Shown: positions 51,001 to 64,000, counted from the stretch's first letter. The stretch: DNA of 64,000 bases from Octopus sinensis (GCF_006345805.1 NC_043004.1:89032001-89096000); one strand, 5' to 3'. Notes: generated by a model not told the origin, from the letters alone. A program made the numbers and translations.

Positions 51001-52580
51001 AAAGAAGCCTGTCACACACACATATACATATACAGAGAGAGAGAAAAGAAGGGGGTATACTAAGTAGCACTGAATGAAATATAGGCGTGTACAATCATAT
51101 TTAATATGTTCATGTAAACTCCAACATGGAAGAATATCATCATCATACTGCAGAAATTGTCTAGAGAGAAAAATTATCTTTAGAGACGATCACCATCATT
51201 ATTACCATCAATCAAAGTCTGCTTTCCATGCTTGCATGGCTTGGATGGTTTGACAGGAGCTGGCAAGCCAGAGAGCTGCTTTGGTATGGTTTCTACATTC
51301 GGATGCCCTTCTAAACACCAGCCACTGTGTGCTTTTTATGTAGCACTGTGAAAACACATCACTGAACTATGAATGATGTCATTAAACTGTAGGACATATG
51401 CATTTCTGTGTCATTGCACATCTTCAGCTATGGACACCGAGTTGCCCTTCATAGCCCTTAAGAACAGGTTGTTCTTATTTTAGAAAAGCAAATAGTATGT
51501 ATGCATGTGTGTTGCGTTTGAGAGATGTGTACATGATGAGACATGTCAAGCTAAATAAAATCACTGTCTTCCATACATACAGATTTGTCCCTTCAGGCTG
51601 GTGCCACTTAAAAAGCACCTGTGCCAATGCTGCATTAACGCACTGGTGCCAGTGCTCTATAAACGCACCCAGCACACTCTGCTAAGTGGTTGGTGTTAGG
51701 AAAGGCATCCACCCATAGAAACCATGCCACAACAGACAATTAGAGTCTGAACAGCTTCCTGCTAGCCAGCTCCAAGTCAAACAGTTCAAACCATGCCAGC
51801 ATGGAAAACAGATGTTAAATGACGATGATGAGGATAATATCATCATCATAATCATTCAACGTCCACTGTTCATGCTGACATGGGTTGGATGACTTGACTG
51901 GAATTAGTAAGCTGGAGAGCTGCACTAGGTTCCAGTCTGAATTTGACTTGGTTTCTATGGCTGGAAGCTCTTTCTAATGCCAACCACTCTGAGAGCATAG
52001 TGGATGCTTTTTATGCGCCACCGGCACAGACCACAACTACAATTTCAATATATATATATATATATATATACAAATATATATATTTGTGAGTTGACGTTAG
52101 GAAGGGCATCCAGCCGTAGAAACATTGCCAGATCAGACTGGGCCTGGTGCAGCCTTCTGGCTTCCCAGACCCCAGTTGAACCGTCCAACCCATGCTAGCA
52201 GGGAAAGCGGACGCTAAACGATGATGATGATGATGATATATTTGTGAGAATGTGTGTGTGTGTGTAGAAGAGTGTATGCATAGAAAGCAAGTCAAAGTGG
52301 TCACAGGTGGAATGGCTGGAACAAGAAACCAACATCAACAACTGCAGGACTGGAGAGGAATATTTATAGCAAAGCTCTCTTAATAAAGTACACCAATTTC
52401 TTCTTTTTTCTTTTGTTTATTGTTTGATCAGAGAGGGAAGTGTTGTACCTATGAGCATTTAGGCAGATCCTCCAGGACTAGTGGGAAGAAGAAAAAAGAC
52501 TCACTCTTAAACCAGAGAAGTAGATCAAATGTTTGTAAAAGTGTGAACTGCATGATAGTATTAAATAGAGGACTCATTAA

Positions 52581-52985
52581 CCTTCTTGGGACACCCGGGC
52601 CAATTGATCAGCCCAAGTGATACAAGCTGAAAGGACTTTGAAGCCCATCCATTGGCCCAATGAAACAAACGTTGTGAATGATTGGTTTTAAAGTTTAACA
52701 GCCTATCAGAGATCGTCTTTCAGTACATTGTTTTTGATTTTTAACGAAAACATCTATGCTTATTTTATTTATTTACATGTATTGGGTTGTTTTAGGTTTC
52801 CTTATTGTGATAGATGTATTATACTGTTTATAAGCTTTCATAATATATATAAACTTACATACTAATAAAGTAGCTTTAAGCACTTTATCCTGTTTTCTAC
52901 ATGCACCCATCAATTTCAATCTCAAAAGAAAAATGTTTTGGTCTTTTTAGCTACGCATACCAAAACACCATGTGTCTCAAAGAGG
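52581..52985. mobile_element. piggyBac-like MITE, third family
   Basis: TTAA (52577-52580), ccttcttgggacac ... gtgtctcaaagagg, TTAA (52986-52989). Confidence 0.6.
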
Positions 52986-53983
52986 TTAAGCTGACTGCCC
53001 AAGAATTCAGAACCCCAGAAAGAATTACAGCAAATGACATAAGACACCTTATCTATTCCTCACCATCATCATTTAACGTCCATTTCTTCCATGCTTGCAT
53101 GGCTCAGGTGGAATTTATTGATGCAGATTTTCTACAGCCAGATATCCATCTTGTCACCAACCTTCACCTGTTTCCTCATGGCCAGATAGGTTTTTCACAG
53201 ATAACTGCAAACAAATAACCTCGCTTTTATGACAGTGATGCTCATTTACAACCATCACATGATGTCAAAACACAAACATACTTGATGGACTTCTTCCAGT
53301 TTCTTGTCTATCAAATCAACCCACAAGGCTTTTGTCAAGTCAGGGCTATTGTAAAAGTACCACACAGAAGGATTGAACTAAAGATTGAATGATTAAGAAG
53401 CAAACTCCCTAATCACACAGCTAATACTGTAACAATTCCATTAATCCTCTTCGTTGGACTATTACTTCAACTCCTGAAAGATGACCACAGCAAGATTTGA
53501 AATAATAGTGCAGAGAGCCACAGAGCATTTTACCCTATGCTTAACTCAGCCAGTTTGCCACCTAGTTGTACAGCAATAATAGTAGCTAGGTTTGAACTCA
53601 TAAACTTTGTGCCAGTAAGTCAATGCTTTAATCAGTCAGTTGCTGTGACCTTCACCAGTTTCTAAACAGCATTCCATCATTCTCAATAGCATCATATTTA
53701 ATAAAAATTATATATTTTTCTTTTACTGTTCTCAAAAGTATTTATCAAAATAATTATCTTAAAAAAGCCACCACCCCACTTCCCAACTGTTATTTTTGTA
53801 TAGTTTAAAATTTTTTTTTCAACAAAATCAAATCAAAAAACAATCCTTATCAAAACTTCACCAAAGCTATAATTTGATTTGAAGACAGACATTAGGGATT
53901 GTGATAATAATGTGTTTTCATTTAGAAAAAGTTTGTACAAAAATTTAACAAATTTTAAAATGAAATAAAAGCTGTAATCTTAC

Positions 53984-54075
53984 CTCTCTCTCAAAAACTC
54001 AATAAACTCTTTGCTAGCAGTTTGGCCATGTTTCATGTTATGATAAAGCACAAAAAAGCCATTGTTTTTCTCCCC
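53984..54075 (-). CDS. FCHO2: FCHo1/2-like F-BAR protein, probable second coding exon ([30 protein letters not shown])
   Basis: 92 nt, phase 0-2, tctcaacag acceptor and GTAAGA donor. Matches FCHO2 [31 protein letters not shown]. Confidence 0.95.
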
Positions 54076-56030
54076 CTGTTGAGACAAAATAAAAATAACA
54101 AATGAAAGCCCTTTAACATAAAAAATAAAATAATTAAAAAATAAACATTTAAAGATACAAAGAATATTCTATAAACTGCAAAAGTAGGGAGAGAGTAGCT
54201 TGTAACAAAAACTAGCCTAATTCCACTAATAATGTTTATTCAAGTCCATTTAAATAGGTTCTTTCTCAAAACAGATGCAATCCAATCAGGGTAATTTACT
54301 ACTAAGACATTAAACAATAAATTCATTGCAAACACTTTTAATATAAATAATGTTAATCAGTCTAAAGTAAATAACAGTTTCAACCTTTTGAAACCAACAT
54401 GCCTAAGGTCATGTGTGGTTTTATGATATAAACTTCTTAGTTTAAAGTGATCTAAGTTAAAGCCTTTCACCAAAATTTCCTCTTAATCTATATTCCAAAT
54501 ACCAGCTAAATAATATCTTACATCTTTAACTTCATTCATTCATTCATTGGACTGCAGCCATGCTGGGGCAATGCCTGGAGGGGTTTAGTTGTACTGCCAC
54601 AGGGACACAAACAAACAAACACCAGTTGTCAAGTGATGGTGGGAGACAAACAAACAGATATATATATCAACAGGTTTCTTTCAGTTTCTGTCAACCAAAT
54701 CCACTCACAAGGCTTTGGTTGACCAGGGGCTGCAGGAGAAGACACTTGCCCTCATAGAATAGACATGTTCAAAGGCATTGCATCAATGATCATCATGCCT
54801 TCTCACTATATAACGCAAAGCCAGGATCATGTTATGCAACATATACTATTCTAACATGATAGGATGCAATTTAAGGAAGAGTTGGTTGCTATTTCTAGCA
54901 GATTAAACAATCATATAGAAATAATACATTAGTTCAGTAAAAAATACCATATTTTTCTCATACTACAATTGTGTGTGAGTGTGTGTGTCTGAATGAGAAA
55001 CATTTGTCACTGAAGCTTCACCCCACCTCAAGAATTAATGACAATAAATAAAACAAATTTATGAGTATGTTTTCTCTGGTCTGTTTGTGTGTGTGTGTGC
55101 AAAATCATCATCACTTTACAACTACTCTCCATGTTGGCATAACAAGCAATCTGGGCTATCAAAGTCAAGATCCACTTCTCCACTTGAAAATACTGCCCTA
55201 CTAGATGGCTCAGAGGATCACATCATGCCTCTATGTTCTTTTCAGCATGGTTTCTGCAGCTGGATACCTTTTCTAACACCAATCACTTTCAGGGTGAGCT
55301 GGGAGCATTTCATTATATCATCAACTCTAGAGAGGTTATCATGTCGTTGACATGAGTGAAAGGTTTTTCTCGGTCCCACACTGTCTCTGTTTATTTACTT
55401 GCATTACAGATTGCACTGGGAGCATTTAACTCTGGAACCTGACCATTTTATCATTAAGTAGTAACAAAATTTATAGGTAATTCAAATTGGTTTCACACAG
55501 ATTGGTGATCTAGGATCATGAAAATTTCAAGCAATGTCAGTTACGTTGGTATTGAAAGGATTAACTATAGCAGATATCACAAACTTTTTAAACAAAATAT
55601 AGTAACGGTTAGCTATAGTTGCATTGAAGCATTCACCTCTTCAACATTAAAGATCAACAGAAGAAATCATATGAAAACAAACTCAGATTTGAACCGCCAT
55701 TTCTGTAGAATTGTAACATCCAAACTTCTTGTCTTTTTTTAATGGAAAGTGCCTTGGTAACATATTGATATACCACAACAAAGTCTCATCAACTGATGAT
55801 AAAGACAGTGAATTAATGTAAAAGCTAGTATATGCAATACATGTTATCTTTTCAGTACCCAAAAGACAAAAATGTTGTCAACTGGCTAAATTTCCTAAAA
55901 CTCTACATGCAAAAAATACCAATAACACTAAAATAGATTTATCAGTCATTAAAAATCCCATCCTATGTAGCAACGGAACCAAGAAATATCAACTATGCCC
56001 AGAAGAGAAATTTAACATCCTGACAAAAAA

Positions 56031-56427
56031 TCTTTATATATAAAAGTGAGGTTGTGTGATGTCTGTCTCCTACGATTTAGATTCCTAACTACTCCCACAT
56101 TTTGCAGTGCAGTTTAACCAAAACCAGGTATCTTATAGTCGTGATTCATATCAAGCCCTTCTGGGTATTAGCGCGCGTCTACGATGAGTCTACGATTTAA
56201 AAAAAAATTTACCATCAATTTTTCCCATTTTTAATGCATTTTTGGCATATATAAGGGAAGTAACTCTCTAAAAGTTTATTATTAAATCTCAGAACGTAAA
56301 AAGCTACAGTAACACCCCCCCCTTTGTGGTTAGCCATATTGAGATGGCTATTATACTTTACATCTCTAAAAATGCTTATATAGTTATTTCCCTTACAAAC
56401 CCGAGCAACGCCGGGCGATACTGCTAG
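56031..56427 (+). mobile_element. Non-autonomous Helitron (397 bp)
   Basis: Starts TC after A (56030) and ends CTAG before T (56428). Subterminal GC hairpin cccgagcaacgccggg at 56400-56415. No TSD. Confidence 0.85.
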
Positions 56428-57009
56428 TTAAATATAATTAAATAAAGACAAAAGATTACATATTATTAAATAAAGACAGGACTGGATTCAAAATACTGAC
56501 ATAAAGATCAATACTTTTGAGACAATACCAGCTACAGATGGATTAAATCCTTGAATCAATGCACACCAATAATCACTAAAAAAATGTTTTAAATAAGAAA
56601 CATTCTATATATATGATCTTATAAAGCCTACTACAAAACACTTATATTACTATCATAATGATGAATATATTCACTAATATATTTTCATTATATTTTCTTT
56701 GTATGTGTGTATTTCATATTTTTAATGATTTACATTATTATTATACTATTCATCATATATGTATCGCTTTTTTAAATTTATAAGTTATGTATATATTGTA
56801 TTATGTGCATTAGAAGTATGCGATTTGCATGTTTGTGCATATACACACACGGACACACACACAAGTACCCATTACACTCTTGGAGTGGTTGGCATTAGGG
56901 AGGGCATCCAGCCATAGAAACCACACCAAATGAAACTGAAGTCTGGTGCTGCCTTCCAGCTTGCCAGCCCTGGTCAAACCATCCATCATGCCAGCATGAA
57001 CAACAGACA

Positions 57010-57266
57010 GTAAATAAAGGGTAAAATTAATTAATTAATTAATAATTTTACCAAGTAGTTCAGTATGTTAAAAGAACCATTATCGGTAAACTTATACAAA
57101 ATTCTATAATTATGAGTATAATTATAATTAGGGTTCAGCAAAAATTTGCTGGGAGATTTTCTTATGGTAGTGAAATAGTTAGGTTTTAACTGCTATTTCT
57201 AACTTTCAGTATGTGGTGAAGTAAATTTTTGCTGAACCTTAATTATACTCATAATTACAGAATTTT
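57010..57266. repeat. Foldback element with ~44-50-bp inverted arms
   Basis: 57098-57147 versus 57223-57266: 2 mismatches plus a 6-bp duplication. Probably a MITE remnant. Confidence 0.6.
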
Positions 57267-57268
57267 AC

Positions 57269-57302
<34 letters not shown>

Positions 57303-57303
<1 letters not shown>

Positions 57304-57620
57304 ACCATGGGCTTGCACCGAGAGAGTTACCCTCTGATGCACAAGTCTGGGCAAGGTTGTTTTTATGGAAGACCAGCAGTCTCCCATGCATACCAGCCTC
57401 CTCTCTCCACGTCACCAGTGTTATCCAAGGGAAAGGCAAGGGGGCCAATACAGCTTGGCACCTGTGACGCCGTAACTCATTTCTACAGCTGAGTGAACTG
57501 GAGCAACGTGAAATATAGCGTCTTGCTCAAGAACACAACACACAGCCCGGTCCGGGATTCGAGCTCACAACCTCACGATCGTAAGCTCAACTCTCTAACC
57601 TCTGAGCTACGTGCCTTCAC
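57303..57620 (-). mobile_element. tRNA-derived SINE family C, near full length
   Basis: Minus strand head gtgaaggcacgtagctcagaggttagag...gagctcgaatccc, followed by ttgagcaagac and cacgttgctccagttcactc. Confidence 0.8.
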
Positions 57621-57625
57621 ATATA

Positions 57626-57673
<48 letters not shown>

Positions 57674-59149
57674 TACAGATTGTATTGTGTAATACAGGTT
57701 TCAATATAGATTGCATTACATAATTTATGCATTTTCTTTTATTCTTTTACTTGTTTCAGCCATTAGACTGCAGCCATGCTGGGGCACCACCTTGAAGAAT
57801 TATACCCCCTGTACATATTTATATTTTTTAAAGCCTGTTACTTATTTTATCAGTCTCTTTAGCCAAACCATAAGTTACACGGACATAAACACACCAACAA
57901 CAATTGTCAAGCAATGGTGGGACACACACACACATATATACGATGGATTTATTTCCGTTTCTGTCTACCAAAACCACACACAAAGCTTTAGCTAGCCTGA
58001 GGCTAACTAAAAGACATTTGCCCAATGTGAGGGAGAGAGAGATTAGAAAGAAAGAAATGAACAAGCAAAACATGTGGTATCATGTTACAGCATGTAATTT
58101 ATAATTCAAGCATAACTGCAGAGTTCTTGGAGTAAATAAGGGACTAAGAAGTAATGCATAAAGTCTCTTACAGCAGCATATCTTTAACAGATATATATAT
58201 GGTGTGTAAATCATTGAGCAAAAATTACCATATAAGCCAACTATTCCATCTTCAGAGAAGAATTAATGAACATCCATAATAAAAGATATTAGCAGTTACC
58301 AGTTCTATCATCGATTATACACACATGTGTGATGAGCTTCCACAAAGTTTCTGCCTCATTCAGGCACAAGGAATTGGTCAGTCCAAGTAGAAGTACATAT
58401 CTACTGTGATCTGCAGTAGGAATGAACCCAAGACCACATAATTTTGAAGCAAAATTCTTAACCACACATCCAAGCCTATGACTCAAATAATCTGAGGCAA
58501 AATAGTATCCTAAGGAACTGGTGGAGATTTGTGTCTGTAGGAATTTTATCTATTTATTTTTTTGTAAAAGTAACACTTAGAACTTTAGAATTATAGAATA
58601 TTCTTGATTTGGTAGAGTCTATGCTTGGGATAAAGTCCTTCTTTGGGGTTGATATATAAGGGGAAAAAAGAATAAACTGAAGAATAAGTGATTTATATAT
58701 TTTCTAACGGAATGACTAGAGGCAGCTGACAGGAAAAGTAATAAGTAACATTAAGGATTCATGTGCAAACACGGGAAAAAGAAGCTGTCAGTAAGTGAGA
58801 TGGAAAGAAAAATCCAAATCAAAGGTGGGTTAAACGATGAAGCAGGAATTATTGTGTTACATGTTGGTGGAAAAGCAGGAAGAAAAATGTTCGTTTTCAA
58901 CCAATCAGTGCCAAGCTCTGACATGAAATACAACGTATTGGTCCTTAAGTTCCTTTGACTATAAAGATCCATGGTGTAGAGGACATGCTGGACACTGAAA
59001 AGTGGTTGATGGAGTGGCCCATTACATTGAAGTAGGTGACAATGAGCTGGACTGCAATATACAAGATTCTAAGAATGCGTATGCGAAAGTAATTGGAGAG
59101 ATGACAGCCTACTTAAGCAACACAAAGGGAACTGCAAAGTTTTAAATAC

Positions 59150-59468
59150 ACACACATGTATATATACATACATACATACATGTATACATATATATATACA
59201 TGTAAATATATACATGTCTATATATATAGAAATGTAAATATATATACATATGAATATATATAAATAGATGTAAATATATGTACATAAATATAAATACAAA
59301 TATATACATATAAATATTTAAATATCTATATATATACATACATATACACACACACATATATACATATACACACACATATATATACATATATAAACACAAA
59401 CATATATACATATATATACACACATATATATACATATACAAATATATACACACACACACATATGTATG

Positions 59469-59506
<38 letters not shown>

Positions 59507-59522
59507 TATATACATATATATA
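59150..59522. repeat. Compound (TA)/(CA)/(TACA) microsatellite
   Basis: Directly visible. One of dozens of TA/CA/TAA/CAT tracts in the window and the source of the Y/I/M/C ORFs. Confidence 0.95.
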
Positions 59523-60704
59523 TCTGTTGAGGCAAGTGAAATCAAAATCAAATTCAGCTGCTTGTGAAGACCTGTTGAAGCAAGTGAAATTGAAATCAAA
59601 TTCAATGACTGGCACCCGTGCTAGTGGAGCACTAAGAGTACCGTACAAGTGAGATTGTTGCCAGAGCAACAAGCTGGCCTCTGTGCCGATGGCACATTAA
59701 AAACACCATTCAAGCGTGATCGTTACCTGCATCGCCTTACTAGCCCTTGTGCTGGTGGCACATGAAAAAACATTACTTCAAGTACCAATGTGTTTTTTTA
59801 AATAGGTAGCTGCTATTCTCAGTTATCTAAAAGAACTTCTAATCATTACTCTACACTTAGGGATAGTAATAAACACTACAGTATAGAGCTTAGTAAATTA
59901 ATTTGGTATCTAAAAGACTATAATAAATACTTTAATTTAGATTGGTTGATTCTCCCCATTTCATTCCCATATGAGAAAGGCAAAGAATTCTGCCAACTCT
60001 GTATTACTGAGCTATTCTCTAATCATTTTTCTAAGAATCACCTTGTAAATACGGTTATAGAGTGTGTTTATCAATGTAAACATTGACAGAAACATACCTT
60101 TAGTTCATATAAGTGATATCTACCATTATATATAATTTGAACGTTGATTTTCTTCTTACATTTCACTTCCACTAGATATAAATTTTTCCAAGCCTTTAAG
60201 CTTTTATTTAATTCACATATCATTCTATATTTCTCATTTATTAGTTTTCTGCTTATTTCTTTCCTTTACCCCTCATCTTTCTATAGGCTGCCTTTGATGT
60301 TATATCTTCTAAGGTTTTTTTTTTTTTAATTAATAGCATTCCGTTCATCATTATACACATCCATCACATTCTGTTAAAATGTCTTATTGAAGACTTGGGT
60401 TTATTTCTTTCTTTCCTTGAAGAGAAGATTACATTGTCTTACACAATTCTATTCCTTTGGAATACTACCAATGTTGTCTTCAAAACGTACCAGAAGTAAA
60501 AGAATTTGAATGACACCTGTGTTTAAATCCATTTATTTATATATCTATAAATAGTAGTATTATTACTAATAATACTGGTAGGGAATAAAATTCCAAACTT
60601 ACTGGGAAAAATTCAATTTAGCAATTCTAAATCAAATTTCACAATATATATGTGTATAATTAAGAGAAATAACCTCCATTCAGTAATTCAAAAAAAAAAT
60701 TTTA

Positions 60705-60728
60705 TACACCATATATCTACACAATATA

Positions 60729-60768
<40 letters not shown>

Positions 60769-60809
60769 TATATATATATGTATGATATATTGTGTAGATA
60801 TATGGTGTA
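60705..60809. repeat. 29-bp inverted repeat enclosing a (TA)n tract
   Basis: tacaccatatatctacacaatatattata versus tatgatatattgtgtagatatatggtgta (1 mismatch). Confidence 0.9.
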
Positions 60810-60858
60810 GATAATGTCTTTATTGAACTACTTAATGGAGGTTATTTCTCTTAATTAT

Positions 60859-60895
<37 letters not shown>

Positions 60896-60920
60896 CATAT
60901 TTATAATACATACATATATA

Positions 60921-63008
60921 TACAAAAGTTTCAAATCGCCTAAACAAACAAATTGAAAGCAGTGAAAAGTCCCGTGTGAAAATAAAACTGCTGGAAATTG
61001 AAAATGTCTGCAACTCTCCCATGAAAAAGGAAGAGCAGACAAAGAAGCCTGGGCTATAGACAACATAAAATCTAACCCCAGGGCTTTCTACAAGTTTGCC
61101 GAAGAAACAGCTACTGTGCACTGTAGGATAGGGCCACTCCTTGAAAAAGATGGTACACTCACAGGAAATCCAATGAGGATAAGTGAAATACTAAATGAGC
61201 AATTCAAAAGTATTTTCACTCCACCCCTAGGGCATTTTCAAGTCAGAAATCCAACTGACTTCTTTACCACTGCAGATATAAAATCAGAGGCAACGATGAC
61301 TGATTACATCAATATAAAGGAAGACAATGTAATAAGGGCTGTAGATAAAATGAACTCAAACTCAGCTACTGGCCCCCAAAGGATTCCCAACAATCCTTCT
61401 AAAAGTATGTAAGAGAGCCCTAGCAAGACCACTGCAGTTCCTCTTTCAGAGCTTCCTTGCAACTGGCAAACTTCCAAGAAAACTGAAGGAGGGTAAAATA
61501 TGCCCTATTCATAAAGGAGGTAGCAGAGCGGAGGCCAAGAACTACAGACCTATCTCTCTGACCTCACACATCAGCAAGGTCATTGAACGAATAGTTAGAA
61601 GAAAACTAATTGCCTTCTTTGAAGAAAATTACTTGCTGCCTGACACACAACATGGTTTCCGACCAGGAAGAAGCTGCCTAACTCAGCTCTTACAACACTA
61701 TGACTGAGTGCTGAAACAACTGCTCAACCACTCAAATGTGGAAGTGATATATCTCGACTTTGCAAAGGCCTTTGATAAAGTCGATCATGAAATGATGTGT
61801 CACAAACTGCGTGATCTTGACATAGCTGGAAAATTGGGAGAATGGCTTCATAACTTTCTGAAGGATAGAAGTCAGGTGGTAGTAGCCAATGGGGCCACCT
61901 CCAATAACACCGCTCAAATAGTGAGCGGTGTTCCACAAGGCACTGTTTTGGGACCACTGCTGTTCATAATGGCCCTCAGCCATGCAGAGAGCCACGATCA
62001 CAAGTTATGCAGATGATACAAAAGTTTCACAGGCAATACAGAACCCTGAAAACACTATGCACCTGCAATGTGACCTGCACAAAATATACAAGTGGGCTGA
62101 AAAGAATAGCATGCAGTTTAATGCTGAAAAGTTTCAAGATTTATGCTATCAGCATGCAAAACTAAATGCAATACCCAATAAATACTCTGGACCTGGTGAG
62201 ATTGCAATCCCAGAGGCACAATCAGTGCAAGACCTGGGTATTTACATGAGTAATGATGCAACCTTTCATGTGCATGTTGCTAAATTGGCAATGAGATGTA
62301 GGCGGCTGACCGGATGGATTCTTAGAGCTTTTAGAACAAGAGACCAGGAAACCATGATGGTCCTCTGGAAGACACTTGTCCTAAGCCACTTTGACTATTG
62401 CTCTCAGCTATGGTCACCAACCAGTGTCAAATTAATCACAGAACTTGAGGCAATCCAACGAAGCTACACGAAGAAGATAGCCTCTGTGCAGCATATAAGC
62501 TATTGGGAAAGACTCAAGAGATTAAGACTCTATTCCTTAGAGCGTAGGTGAGAAAGATATGCCATAATATACATCTGGAAGGTCCTGGAAGGACTTGTCC
62601 CAAACTTTGACATCGAGAGTTACACAAATACTAGAACTGGGTGCCACTGCATAGTGCCAAGGACTCCAAATTTGCCATCAAGATGTAGGACAAGATACTG
62701 TGATAGCTTGGGCTTCAGAGGTCCACAGCTCTTCAATATCCTCCCGAATGACCTGAGAGACCTGCATGGGGTGGATGCAGATGTCTTTAAAATAAAGCTG
62801 GACCTCTTCCTGTCAGGTGTCCCAGATGAACCAACTTCACGGCAGGAGGTGCAGATGAGGGCAGCTGCATCAAACTCTCTCATGCACCAAATGTCAATTG
62901 CTAAAAAGCATTCGTGAAGTAAAATCATGTAGCAACACCAAATGGCGGTGCCCCAGCATGGCCACAGCACATGAGCTGAAACTAGATCAAATGAAAATCA
63001 AAAAAATG
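60921..63008 (+). mobile_element. 5'-truncated CR1-clade LINE with disrupted reverse transcriptase
   Basis: NYRPISLTS, QHGFRPGRSC, YLDFAKAFDKVDH, GVPQGTVLGP, YADDTK, DLGIYMS and YWERLKRLRLYSLERR motifs. Frameshifts at ~61375 and ~61980, stops at ~61705 and ~62549, ORF end 62917, short 3' UTR. Confidence 0.95.
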
Positions 63009-63077
63009 AAATACATACCTACATATATATATATACATACAACCACATATATATAGATACATATATATATATATATG

Positions 63078-63575
63078 ATCTCTTGCAAACAACTTGAACA
63101 TACAAGTGCTACCAGTCAAAAACTCTGCATACCGGAAGCCAGCAAGTGTATGGGATCATCAGGAGGGAATGCGCACCGTTTCGGGGCCTACCTCTCGACG
63201 GCATCAGTGCGCACCAGCCCTTCTCACTGATGTGAGACCCCGCTTGCTAGATCAGCTGGTTATCAAATAAAGCTCAATATTCTTCTAGACATCGCTCATC
63301 ATCTATTTTTAACCGAATCCAGTGGCTAGCCTTCCCCACTGTAGTTTGGATATCGGTCACGGTGGTATTGACTTAACCATGAGTTAGGCCTGACAATAAC
63401 AACAGTCGTCTCACACCGTGTCCAACAAACCCTCTACATCCGACTTCAATTGGAAAATGCTCTGCTTTCCAGCCTGCGTCTTCACATTCCTCTAGGTTTA
63501 CATAACACTCAATCTTTTGAGCCCAAGCGGCATCCATATTATCTTCATGAGGAACCGTTAACTCAACTAGATTTA
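63078..63575 (-). mobile_element. 3' end of a HERO-type (R2-group) non-LTR element
   Basis: LVELTVPHEDNMDAA...GWKAEHFPIEVGCRGFVG matches the HERO restriction-like endonuclease signature (ELTVP.E, PVEVGCRGF). GC-rich 3' UTR follows. Confidence 0.85.
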
Positions 63576-63586
63576 CAACTATACAA

Positions 63587-63635
<49 letters not shown>

Positions 63636-63687
63636 TATATACACATACACATATATACATACATGTATGTATATATATATATATATA

Positions 63688-64000
63688 TCATCATCATCAT
63701 CATCGTTTAACGTCCGCTTTCCATGCTAGCATGGGTTGGACGGTTCAACTGGGGTCTGGGGAGCCCGAAGGCTGCACCAGGCCAGTCAGATCTGGCAGTG
63801 TTTCTACAGCTGGATGCCCTTCCTAACGCCAACCACTCCGAGAGTATAGTGGGTGATTTTATGTGCCACCGACACAGGTGCCAGATGAGGCTGGCAGACG
63901 GCCACGCTCGGATGGTGTTTTTTATGTGCCACGACACAGGTGCCAGACGAGGCTGGCAGACGGCCACGCTCGGATGGTGTTTTCTTATGTGTCACCGACA
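63688..64000 (-). mobile_element. Young RTE 3'-UTR copy with ~63-bp VNTR (runs off the window)
   Basis: Only a few substitutions relative to 32761-33070. Confidence 0.9.

Larger units (their letters stand above)
17390..53983 (-). other. 36.6-kb FCHo intron
   Basis: GT at 53983-53982 and AG at 17391-17390. The flanking exons join in frame (AG+C = Ser) with no missing F-BAR residues. Confidence 0.85.

Noticed and set aside
55856-55887. Possible FCHo first exon ending in FW (PVDNIFVFW|gtactg)
   Set aside because: No in-frame ATG (upstream stops) and a weak donor. The first exon is probably beyond 64000.
63170-63220. Hammerhead look-alike in the HERO 3' UTR (minus strand tgcgca-CTGATGC...GAAAC-GGT-gcgca)
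   Set aside because: The core has C at position 9, helix II does not abut the core, and the cleavage position would be G. Too many violations.

Overview
AT-rich, microsatellite- and retroposon-dense animal genomic DNA. The repeat complement suggests a coleoid cephalopod, probably Octopus (inferred from memory of its repeats, not searched). The only supportable host gene is an FCHo1/2-type F-BAR endocytic adaptor on the minus strand. It shows five GT-AG coding exons (53984-54075, 17315-17389, 13248-13389, 8053-8124, 5314-5394) that join in phase into 154 codons of the N-terminal F-BAR domain. The first coding exon and all downstream exons were not found, so the whole window appears to be gene body, including one 36.6-kb intron. 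The remainder is a layered transposon landscape: RTE, CR1, HERO, R4/Dong-like and Penelope-like retroelement pieces, several tRNA-derived SINE families, a solo LTR, and hAT, Merlin-like, piggyBac-like and Helitron non-autonomous elements. Almost all ORFs in the supplied track are repeat artefacts. The most unusual signal is a ~490-bp head-to-head palindromic element, present twice with its own target-site duplications. It has two outward-facing tRNA-like heads and minimal hammerhead-ribozyme-like motifs in both arms. Also notable are separate Penelope-type hammerhead motifs, perfect intronic hairpins, a CR1/SINE shared 3' stem-loop with covariation, and a Merlin-like MITE carrying telomeric repeats.
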